A program made the position numbers and the translations under genes. A stretch of 64,000 nt of DNA, from assembly GCF_020745735.1 (NCBI RefSeq), contig NC_083409.1, positions 16,292,789-16,356,788 of the forward strand, read 5' to 3'. Position 1 is the stretch's first letter, and every line of letters starts with the position of its first letter. The notes beneath the pieces are model-generated. The model was not told where the DNA came from. It worked only from the letters and a program-made list of their open reading frames with translations, and ran no database searches. Below are positions 24,950 to 35,199 of this stretch, one piece after another. The stretch is from Hemiscyllium ocellatum. Lineage: Eukaryota.

Positions 24950-27130
24950 TTGAACTGAGGAAGCTCAAAGGAACAGAGTGATCTTGGGGTGCTTCTCCAC
25001 TGATCCCTGAATATGGCAAGACAGGTTAACGGAACAGTTATGAAGGCATAAGGGACACTTGCCTTTGTCATGTCAGGTGTTGGTTATAAAAGCAGGAGGA
25101 GATGGTGCAGTTAAGCAGAACATTGGTTAGGCCACAGCTGGAGTACTGTGTGCAGTTCAGGTCACCACACTGTAGGAAGGAGGTGATTGCACTGGATGGG
25201 GTGCAGAGGGGAATCATCAGGATGTTGTGTGGGATGGAACCTCTCAGTGATGAAGAGAAATTGGATCAGCTCGGGTTGTTTTCTATAGAGCAGAGAAGGT
25301 GGAGGGGGGACCTGATCGAGGTGTATAAGGTTATGAGGGGAATTGGCAGGGAGGAGAGAAAGCAGCTGTTCTCCTTTTTGGGAGGGTCAATAACAAGTTG
25401 ACTCACATTCAATGTGAAAGCTAGGAGGCTTCAAGATGTTTTAAGGAAAATGTTTTTCATCCAGAGGTTGGTGTGCATCTGGAATGCACAGCCTGAGAGG
25501 GGAGTTGAGGTGGGAAACCTCACAAAGTTTAAAATGTACTTGGGTGAGCAGTTGAAATGTCATAACATTCAAGCTGTGGGCCTCATGTTGGAAAGTGGGA
25601 CTGGTGTAGGTTTAGTGTAGTTTGGCTGGTACACAGTTAATGGGCTGAAGGGCCTCCTCTGTACTGTGTGATTTCATGATTCTGTCGTGGGTAGTTTCAG
25701 GCTCCTTAATTGAGGAAGGATGTTTTGGCTGTGGAGGGAGAGCAGTGAAGGTTTACCAGACTGGTTCCTGGGAGGACAGCACTTAGATCTGATGAGAAAC
25801 TGGATCAGTTAGGATTATATTCATTGGCACTTAGAAGATTGAAAGGAATCATATTGTAACCTTGAAAATCCGAACAGGACAAGACTAGAACAACACAGGG
25901 AGGATGTTCCTGATGATTGGGGAATCCAGAACTACGAATTATGGTTTAAAGAAAAGGGAAAGGTTATTTCAGACTGAGCTGAGGAGACATTTCTTTTGCC
26001 AGAGACTGGGAAGCTAGTGGGATAGTCTGTCACAGAAAGCAGTTGAGCCCAAAACATTCAATATTTTCAAGAGAGGATAAGTGTATTCTTAGGACTAAAG
26101 GGGTTAAATTTTATGGAGAAAAAATGGGAGCAGGGGACTAAGTTGGATGATTAGCCATGGTCATATTGAATGGCAGAGCCAACTTGAAGGGCTGAATGGC
26201 CTCCTCTTGCTCCTAGTTCCTTTGTTTCTATGTTTGAGAGACTGTTCATAAACATGGAAACATATGGAATTATAGAGTCTTAGAGCCATCGAGTCCTACA
26301 GCACAGAGACAGGCCCTTTGGCCCAAACTGGACCGTGCTGACCAAAATGTCCATCCACACTAACCCCATTTCCCTGCACTTGGCCCATATCCTTCAAATG
26401 TTTTCCTATCTATGTATTTGTCCAAATGTCTTTTAAATATTGTTAATGTATCCACCTCAATCACTTCAGCTGGCATCTCATTCCACATGCGTGCCACCCT
26501 CTGTGTAAAAATGTTGCCCCTCAGGTTCCCTTTTATTCATTCCTCTCTAACACTAAACTGATGCCCTCTCATCCTCGTTTCCCCAACCCTCTCCATGTCT
26601 CTCATGATCTTATACACTTCTAAATGTTCCCCCACCAGTCTCCTACGCTCTCAGAAAAAAGTCCTAACTTGGCTAACTTCCCCCTATAACTCAGATTGTT
26701 GAGTCCAGGCAACATCCTTGCCAATTTCTTCTGTGCTCTTTCTGGTTTAGTAATATCCTTCCTATAACAAGGTGACCAAACTGAATACAATATTCCAAGT
26801 GCGACCTCACTGACATCCTGTACAGGATTAGAGATTAGATTCCCTCCAGTGTGGAAACAGGTCTTCGGCCCAACCAATCCACACTGACCCTCTGAAGAGT
26901 AACCCATTTAGAGACATTTCCCTCTGACTAATGTACCTAAGACTATGGCCAATTTAACATGTCCAATTCACCTGACCTGCACATCAAACTTACTAATCAT
27001 GCCTTACAGGTTCTCATCCAAACCATTAATATTGATAACAAACAGTAATGGGGCCAGCACTGAGCCCTGAGGCACTCCACTCAACACAGGCCTCCAGTCT
27101 GACAAGCATCCTTCCAATATTACCTCTGCT
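24950..27130. mobile_element. Stack of CR1 3' fragments (two +, one -) with a partial HE1
   Basis: LVRPQLEYCVQFRSPH and RGDLIEVYK motifs; CR1 3'UTR tails. Confidence 0.8.
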
Positions 27131-27769
27131 TCCTATCATCAAGACAGTGACAGAAAAGTATTTGTCTTTGGTGAGGAATTAGTTTGGAGGTAGGAGACAG
27201 AGAAGAGGGATAATGTGCGTGCTCTCTAATGAACAAGATGTGAATAGTGGTGTCCCCAGGGATTTGTGCAGGGGCCTCAGTATTTCACAATATTTCTCAA
27301 TGACTTGGATGAAGGAATAGAGAGCCAATTATCCAAGATTGCTGACTACACGGAGTGAGGCAGCTTGGAGGAAGTTACAGAGATAGGGAGAGTGGAGGGC
27401 AGAGAGGGATTTGAGAACAAGGATGAGAATTTGAAAATCGAGGTGTTGCTTGACCAGGAGCCAATATAGGCACGGGGTGCAGGGGGTTGTGGGAACGGGA
27501 CTTGGTGCAAGTTTGGATACGGGCTGCAGAATTTTGGATGAGCTGAAGGATACGGAGGGCAGTGGCTGTGATGTGCATCAGCCATTGGAATGGTCATGTT
27601 TGGAGCCCCATAAACATGGCTGAGATTTTCAGTGGCTGATCTTTGTGATATGAAAGATATGGGGCTTAGATGATTCTCAAACATGAGACCCAGTTTGTAA
27701 AGAGTCTGGTTGAGCAGCAGATAGTGCTCAGGGAGAGGGATGGAGTTTATACCAGGATCTGAAGAGGAT

Positions 27770-28055
27770 GGCTTTGATCTTCCCAATATGTTTCACAATG
27801 AGCTTGGCTCCTCAGTCCTGACTGCTCTTAGCTGCTGTGATTGTCACTGATCTGACACTTATTATTAGAGATTCTGACCACAGCAGAAAGCCCCAGTGTA
27901 AAAAATAACTGCAAAGACTGTCAGATCGCAAGGTTGAAACTTCACAAAAAAGAGGAAGTGAAAGAAGGAGCTCGGAGCAGCTGGGTGTTTGTTACTGAGA
28001 CGGGAGAAAACTGTGAACCATCTTCACTCCCTGGAATCTGACAGCACAGGAGGCT
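27770..28055. promoter_or_regulatory. Conserved non-coding block, candidate Ig enhancer, copy 2
   Basis: GAGGAAGTGAAA 27952-27963, CAGCTG 27978-27983, kB-like 27885-27894, ACCACA 27877-27882 and MEF2-like 27859-27868; about 5.7 kb upstream of the leader ATG. Confidence 0.5.
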
Positions 28056-30189
28056 GGTTCTAGGATTTATTTTTGCAGAAACAGCACAGTTTTGGAAAAG
28101 GTGTCAGTCACTCTCTCACAAACACACACGCCTGCACTCGGAGATCAGAAACAGAATCCAGCAGCTGCTCTGTCTCCAAGCTGTGAAACCTGCACAGAAT
28201 TGTTCCCTCATTGAGTTTATAACTGGCAGGATAGACCAAGCAGGGGAGGCAACACAGTGGTGTGTACAGTCAGAAGGGAGTTGCCCTGGGAGTCCTCACC
28301 ATTAACTATGGAACCCATGAAGCCTCATGACAGCAGGTCAAACATGGGGAAGGAAACCTCCTGCTGATTACCACATAGCACCGCCCTCCGCTCCAACCTC
28401 AACTGAGCAGTCAGTCCTCCTCCATGTTGAACAACACTTGGTGGGAGCACTGAGGGAGGGAATGATGCAGGATATACCCTGAGTAAGGGACTTCAAAGCC
28501 CACCATCAAGAGCTGCTCAGAAGCATCACTACTGAGCAAGCTGGTCAAGTTCCACCTGATTCAGATGCTAGACTGGACCTGGGGCAGGTGGTGAGGGAAT
28601 CAACAAGAGGGAAAAACATACTCACTATCACCCTCACCAACCTGCCTGCTGTTGGTGTATCTGTCCATGACAGTATCAGTAAGAGTGACCGCCGCACAGT
28701 CCGTGTGGAGACAAAATCCTGTCTTCCCTTTGAGATTATCTTACATTCTGTTGGGCAAGAGATATGGAATGTCAGAAAGAACTTTGATTTTAGCAGAAAT
28801 TGGCAAAGTCTTGGAAATTAGTGCCCATTCAGGTGAGACAGGTGAAGACACTCAGTGATTGCAATGGCAGATTGGATGGGCTCTTGATGGAAATAAACCT
28901 GCAAGGCTCTGGGGGTCGAGTAGGGGAGGGGGTGGGGCTGACTGGATTGCTCCATGAAATGACAGCATTTCCCTGTCAGGCTGAATGTTCTCCCCCTGTG
29001 CTGGAAATAGGTCTCACTCAATGAGGGATTCACAATTAGAGACTTTGGATGCAGTAAATACAGGACAAATTGTTTCTCCAGGCAGGAGGGTCAGTAACCA
29101 GAGGGCACACATTTCAGAAAGATTCGAAAGCACAAGAGAGAAGATAGGAACATTTTTTATCCAGCGAGTTCATAATGACTGTCTGCAAGGTGAGTGGAAG
29201 TGGATTCAACAGCAACTTTCAAAAGGGCATTTGGAGAAATAGCTGAAAAGGAAATAATTGCAGGGTTATCCAGGAAGGGCTGGGGAAATGGGACTCATTG
29301 GACTCATTTGACTAACAGTCACAATCAGCCCAGTGACCTCTGTCTGTGCTGTTTTAAAGCTTACACACACTTAGACTCACCTTTACACAAAGACTGGGAG
29401 AAACAGACAACCCAGTTTACAGAAGAGTGTTTTCTCAAGGAAAACTCTCTTGAACCAACTCAAGGAACAGACCAGACTAGATTTACTGATGAGGAAGAAT
29501 TCAGCAAATCAATGGCAAGGGAACAGTGAACCAAAGTGATGGGATTGAACAGTATACTCAATAGCACAACCATTGAGAGGGGGAGGGATCAAGGGCAGGA
29601 GGTCAGAGAGCATGCTGTAGGGGTCTGAATGCTCTGCTGTCAATGGTGGGTTGGAGCAAGTAGCAATGGGCAGGAGACCAGAGACAGAAGTTGAAAGGGG
29701 GAGGGAGGGAATGTGAGTCTGCAGCAGGACACAGATGGAGGGACGGGGGAGGCCATGGAGGCAATTGGCTAGCAGTGAGGTCAGGGGTCATTCTGGAATG
29801 ACAGATGGATAAGACAGGGAAGGGCCCACTCCATATCAGACAAGTTGGAGTTTATGGAATATGGCTTTAGGAAGCTGGGACAGGACATTGGAATCATAGA
29901 TTTAGGGGGCAGGACGAGCAGGAATTAGGGTTTCTGTGGTCAAGGGGCCGAGGTAACGCAGAGACAATGTTGTTGAGATTGAAATAAGAGACCTGCATGA
30001 TGGAGAGGATGTCGGAGTTGTAGCTCAGGTGCTGGCCAGTCCTGAGGGAAGGAGGACCATGTTTACTAGTCTCTTCTGGAGCATCCAATGGGAAGGAGGT
30101 CCCTGTTTATTGGTGTCTATTGGAGGTTCCAGTGGAAAGAGGTCCATGTTTACTGGTTCTATGGGAAAGTGTCCCATGTATATATCACC

Positions 30190-31400
30190 AAAGAGTCATA
30201 GAGGTTTACAGCATGGGATCAGGCCGTTCAGCTCAACTCATCCATGCCGACCAAGTATCCAAAACTGAACTAGTCCCATTTGCATGTGTTTGGCCCAATT
30301 CTCTCTAATCTTTCCTATCCATGTTCCTGTAAAAATGTCCTTGAAATGTAGTAATTATACTCACCTCTACGAATGCTTCTGTCAGCTCATTACACATACA
30401 CACTAACCTCTGTGTGAAAATGTTGCCCCTCAGTTTCCTACTAATTCTTTCCCCTCTCAACTTAAACCTACTCCTTCTAGTACTGGACTCTCCTACCCTG
30501 GGGAAAAGACTTTGACTATTCACCTTATCTATGACCCTCCTAATTCCACAACCTCTATAAGGTCACCCCTCAATCTCCTGCATTCCCTGGAAAAACATCT
30601 TGGCCTATTCATCCTCATCTTGTAATTCAAATCCTCCAATCTTGATAACATCCCTGTTAATCTTTCTTTTATTCAAACCACTGTCATAACTTCCTTCCTA
30701 TAGCAGGGTAAGCAGAAATGTACTGTGTCCAAATGTGGCCTTCCCAATGCCTTGTACAGCTGTAACATGATGTCCCAGCTCCTGTACTCCCTGCTTTGAC
30801 CAGTGAAGATGGCGTGCCAAGTACCTTCTTCACCATCCTGTCTACCTGTGACACCACTTCCAAGGAACTATGTACCTGTACCCCTCAGACTCTCTGTTCA
30901 ACAACACTCCCCATGGCTCTACCATTAATTGTGTAATTTCTGCCCTGATTTGTCTTCCCAAAATGCAACTCCTTCCATTTATCAAAATTTCCATCTGGAT
31001 TTGTTGACCCACTGGCCCAGTTGATGAAGATGACATTGCACTCTTGGATAACCTTCTTCCCTGTCCACTATGCCAACAATTTTAACATCAGCCACAAACT
31101 TACTGACCATTCCTGCTATTTTCTCATCCAAATTGTTCACATAAATGATGAACAACATTGGATCCATGATCGATTCTTGCGACAGACAGTTGGTCACTGG
31201 CCTCCAGTCTGAAGAACAACCCTCTCTCACCAGCCTCAGCCTCCTATCATCAGGCCAATTTCATATCCAATTGGTGAGCTGTCCCTGGATCCTATGTGAT
31301 ATAATCTTACTGAGCAGTCTACCATAGGGAACCTTGTATTAACTCCATGTAGACAGAGTGTACTACTCTATCTTTACCTATCTTCTTGCTTCCTTCTTCA
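30190..31400 (-). mobile_element. CR1 ORF2 3' fragment inserted in a minisatellite
   Basis: RT motifs on the minus strand (FIIYVNNLD...KFVADVK); flanked on both sides by the 43-bp repeat. Confidence 0.85.
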
Positions 31401-31409
31401 AAAACTCAA

Positions 31410-31660
31410 CCATCTACTCATCTCCATTGGAAGTTCCAGTGATTAGGAGGCCCATATTTACTGGTCTGTCTTGGAGGTTCCAGCAGGAAGGAGGTCCATG
31501 TTTACTGGTCTTTACTAGACGATCCAGTCCGAAAGAGGTACATGTTTACTGGTCTCCTTTGGAGAGTCCAGTCAGAAGGAGACCAATGTTTACTGGTCTC
31601 TAGTGGAGGCTCCTGCAGGAAGGAGGTCATGTTTACTGGACTCTGTAGGAGAGTCCAGTG
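31410..31660. repeat. Minisatellite of about 43-44 bp (CATGTTTACTGGTCTC...GGAGGT), about 5.5 units; 3 more units at 30040-30175
   Basis: Repeated CATGTTTACTGG anchor at regular spacing. Confidence 0.85.
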
Positions 31661-33518
31661 CATCATGGACACCAAGGTGAGTGTGGGGTTCAGTTCCTTT
31701 CTGTTGTAACTGTATAATGGTTCAACCCGTATCCCAGTAAAACACCCTGACTCAGAGACTGATCATGGAAAGGGAAGGAGAGGGGTAGGAGAGGGGAAGG
31801 GATTGGAAAATGTTGTGAATGGACATGCTGGATCAGGGGGTCAGATCTTGTGCTGTCCCTCCAGCTCACACTGATGGCCTGAGGATCTCCTCTCTCTGCT
31901 GGGCCTTCATGGAATGAGCTTTGTGTCCAAACCAGTCCCCAGTGAGAACAGGCCAACAGCACAGAACTGCCCTTCATTTGACAAGAATCTAGCCATCTTT
32001 CTGAGAGAGGCCAAATCCAGGTCAATGCGGAAAATGGGGCCTTACTCCAGGAGAAAACATGCTTCTGGGGTCAAGGGCTACCATCCATGAGTGGGGCAGA
32101 GAGAGGGAGATTCATCCTGAATTCAACTGCCACAACCTGGGACACTGTGAGAAAGAGAGAGAAGTGAGTCAGAGACAACGGGTGAGTGTGTGTGTGTGTG
32201 TGCCAGAGAGAGAGAGAAAGTGAGAGACATGAGTATGATTAAAAACAGAATGACAGAGAGGGAGGGAGTGGGGCTGTAGATTTGGGAATACAGAGAGAGA
32301 GGGAGAGAGACAGAGGGAGGTATGGAGAGGAGAGATAACAGAGGATCTAAATTGAACCGAGAGAGGGAAGGAGTTATGGAGACAGTGAGAGATGGAAAAA
32401 TAAAGATTATGAGATGGAGTGAGAAAGCATAAGTGAATTGGGGAGAGTGGCTATGAGACAGAGTGAGAGACAGCGAGAACATGAAAGAGATTAATAGTAG
32501 GAGAGAGAGGGATAGAGAGAAAGAAGTGGCAGATGTGAGACAGAGAGGGAGAGAGGTGGATAGGTTCTGGTCACCACATTCTGAGAAGGATGTGATTGTA
32601 CTTGAGAGGGTGCAGAGATTTACCAAGATGCTGCCTGGGATGGAGGGTCAGCTGTGGGGAAATCTTGGAAAGGTTGGGATTGTTTCCTTGGAGCAGTGAA
32701 GGCTGAGAGGGGACATGATAGAGGGGGATAAGATTATTTGGGGCAGTGATACCGTGGGTAAGAAGGCACTTTATATATCAGTAAAGGACTCAATAACCTG
32801 TGTCCCAGGTAACACAGACATGGACACATAGAAGCTCGGAACTGGAGTAGGCCTTTTGGCCCTTTGAGTCTGCTTTGTCATTCATTATGATCATGGCTGA
32901 TCCTCTCTCTCAAAACCATATTCCTGCTTTCTCCCCATTCCCTTCATGCTGTTAAAATGCAAAACAATTATCTCTCTCTTTTTCTTGAATTTATTCAGTT
33001 CCTTGGGTTCCACAGTTGTCCTACCCTTTGAGTGAAGAAATGTTTCCTCATCTCAGTCCAAAATGGTCTACCCTGTATCCCCCTGAGACTGGGTCCCCTG
33101 ATTCCAGACTTCCCAGCCAGGGGAAACCTCCTCCTGTCCAGCCCTGTTAGAATTTTATACATCTCAATCAGATTCTCTCTCATCCTTCTAAACTTGAGTG
33201 AGTCCAGGCCCAGTCAAATTGGAGTGAGAGGAGAATTGAGGAGAAATGTTTTCACCCAGAGGGTGGTGGGAGTCTGGAACTCACTGCCTGAAAGGCTGGT
33301 TGAGTCACAAACTCTCGTGACATTGGAGCAGTGTTTAGATATTCCCTTGTGTTGCTGTAGCCTCCAGGGTGATGGGCCAAGAGCTGGAGAATGGGATTAG
33401 TGTCATTAGATCTTTGTTTACTCACACGGACACAATGGGCCAAATGGCCTCATTCAATGTTGTTCACATCAATGATTCTCAGAGAGAGAGAGAGAGAGCG
33501 AGAGAGGGAGAGAGAGAA

Positions 33519-33615
33519 GAGGAAGTGTGAGGGGCTGACGTGGCTCTCTCTGCCTGATGCCATTTACATACTGAGGAACACCCAGTCAGACTCTCACAGG
33601 CTGCAGCTTTATAAA
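33519..33615 (+). promoter_or_regulatory. V-kappa promoter: Ets site, CRE-like site, variant octamer, TATA
   Basis: GAGGAAGTG 33519-33527, TGACGTGG 33536-33543, ATTTACAT 33562-33569 (octamer ATTTGCAT with 1 mismatch) and TTTATAAA 33608-33615, about 60 nt upstream of the leader ATG. Confidence 0.7.
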
Positions 33616-33675
33616 GCAGAGCCCAGTGAAGGGAGAGTTTATCAGGAAACAGGCACAGGGACAGGAGCAAACATC

Positions 33676-33724
33676 ATGATTTCACACATCCAGTTAATTT
33701 GGCCCCTGGCATTCTGTGTCGCAG
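33676..33724 (+). CDS. IGKV: Ig kappa leader exon, cluster 2 (MISHIQLIWPLAFCVA)
   Basis: ATG, hydrophobic signal peptide and phase-1 GT donor at 33725; splices to the AG at 33909-33910. Confidence 0.9.
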
Positions 33725-33910
33725 GTACAAATCTCTCTCCTTCCACCTTGAATCTTTAGCTGCTCTCCATTTCACTCCAATTCCACTGACTTGTGATTGA
33801 AGGGAAAATGCTGAAACCAGAGGAATGCTCAGAGTCTCCAACAATCTCTCATTTGACAGGCTCTTTCTGTGACAGTTCTGACTTCACTGTGTTTCTCTCT
33901 GACCCCTCAG

Positions 33911-34206
33911 TTATCAGTGGGGACATCATCATGACCGAGTCTCCCCGGGTGCTGTTAATGGGACTGGGCCAGACTGCAACCACCACCTGGATGACCAGTC
34001 AAAGCATTAGCAGCTACCTTGCTTGGTACCAGCAGTGAGAAGGTCAGAAACCCTCTCTCCTTATCTATGATGCAAAAAATCGATTCACAGGAGTCTCCAA
34101 TCGATTCACCGGCAGTGGATCAGGGACCAGTTTCACCCTGACAATCAGCAACGTTCAGAATGAAGATGTCGCTGAATATTACTGTCAGCAGTATAGCAGC
34201 AGCCTT
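33911..34206 (+). pseudogene. IGKV: Ig kappa V exon, cluster 2, pseudogene
   Basis: [97 protein letters not shown]. First Cys replaced by TGG (33988-33990); TGA at 34036-34038. Confidence 0.95.
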
Positions 34207-34234
34207 TACAGTGATACAGTGCCATACAAAAACC
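34207..34234 (+). promoter_or_regulatory. 12-bp-spacer RSS of V with mutated heptamer
   Basis: TACAGTG (consensus CACAGTG) + 12-nt spacer ATACAGTGCCAT + perfect nonamer ACAAAAACC. Confidence 0.93.
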
Positions 34235-34678
34235 TCAACACGCACAACACCACCTTCTGTACTGACACATCCAACAGTTATATGAAATGTATAATAATGG
34301 ACAAACAGTCCCATCTCCTGCACTGACACATCCACAGTTATATATAAAGTAAATTGAACAAATTACCCCATGCTGGGTTTGTCACTGTCCACTACACACT
34401 CCAGTCCCTGTGGTGTCCACCGCTCACTGAAGGCCTCAAGTTTCCCTCTTACACTCCATGGCCACATGTGAAGAACAGCTGCAAGATTTAACAATGAAAA
34501 CTAAATTTCACAAACCCCCGAGAGTAGCTGGACACAACCCCGGAAGACAGAGAGAGAAAGACACACGAATGAGGGAGAGACAGAGAGGGGTAGGGAGTGA
34601 ATGAGATTGACCAAGAATAGACAGAGACAGACAGAGACAGGGAGAGGTTGAGAGTGACAGGGGGAAGCAGAGAGCAGA

Positions 34679-34717
34679 GGTTTTTATACAGCCTCTGCAC
34701 TGGGAGCTCTCACTGTG
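34679..34717 (+). promoter_or_regulatory. 23-bp-spacer RSS of J
   Basis: Nonamer GGTTTTTAT (1 mismatch) + 23-nt spacer + perfect heptamer CACTGTG. Confidence 0.93.
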
Positions 34718-34752
34718 TTACACGTTTGGTAAAGGAACCAAACTCAGACTGA
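34718..34752 (+). CDS. IGKJ: Ig kappa J segment (YTFGKGTKLRL)
   Basis: FGxGT motif directly after the 23-RSS; the phase-1 donor position reads GCAAGT rather than GTAAGT. Confidence 0.92.
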
Positions 34753-35199
34753 GCAAGTAAACCTCAATTGTCTATTATTAAACCTGTCAATACTGAAACA
34801 CACTTTCTAAAACACAAATGCTGAATTGTTGAAGGTGTTAGTGGGGAGCTGCAGTGAATGAAATGGTTGATTGAGGAGCACTGTGTCGAACAGGGTGTCC
34901 AGCTGTATTTCTTTCGTTCCATTGCCCCGCTTAAGCAGCAAGACAGAAGTCAGTAAGTTTTACTCACTGTGTGGAGGAGCTCTGTCCATTTTCAGCCTGT
35001 GGTCCCATTCCTGCAGCATGGAGTGAAATCAGTGAGCAGCCTCCTGCCAGTCTCAGTGTGACAGACACGGGCAGATTTTGATGTGAGCTCTGGCTCCCTG
35101 TCCCAGTCTCTGATCTCATTCTCCTCAGCAGCAGCAGCAGCAGCACAGTGAGACACCGAGCTCCCACCTCCCCCAGCTTTAACTCTGCTCAATCACACA

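Noticed and set aside
28220-28750. Similarity to 5640-6120 as part of the cluster duplication
   Set aside because: Same-strand match within a LINE family; inconsistent with the inverted geometry, so an independent insertion
31410-31660. CRISPR-like array
   Set aside because: Vertebrate DNA; whole units are degenerate copies with no unique spacers, so it is a minisatellite
33911-34752. Germline-joined VJ, as known for some shark light chains
   Set aside because: V and J are separate, about 510 bp apart, each with its own RSS
34965-34971. Extra heptamers CACTGTG (34965, 32143) and CACAGTG (35144) as additional RSSs
   Set aside because: No nonamer at 12- or 23-nt spacing
34964-35167. Antisense ORF with signal-peptide-like MGARCLTVLLLLLL
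   Set aside because: Starts at GTG; the Leu run is just the (CAG)6 microsatellite at 35126-35143
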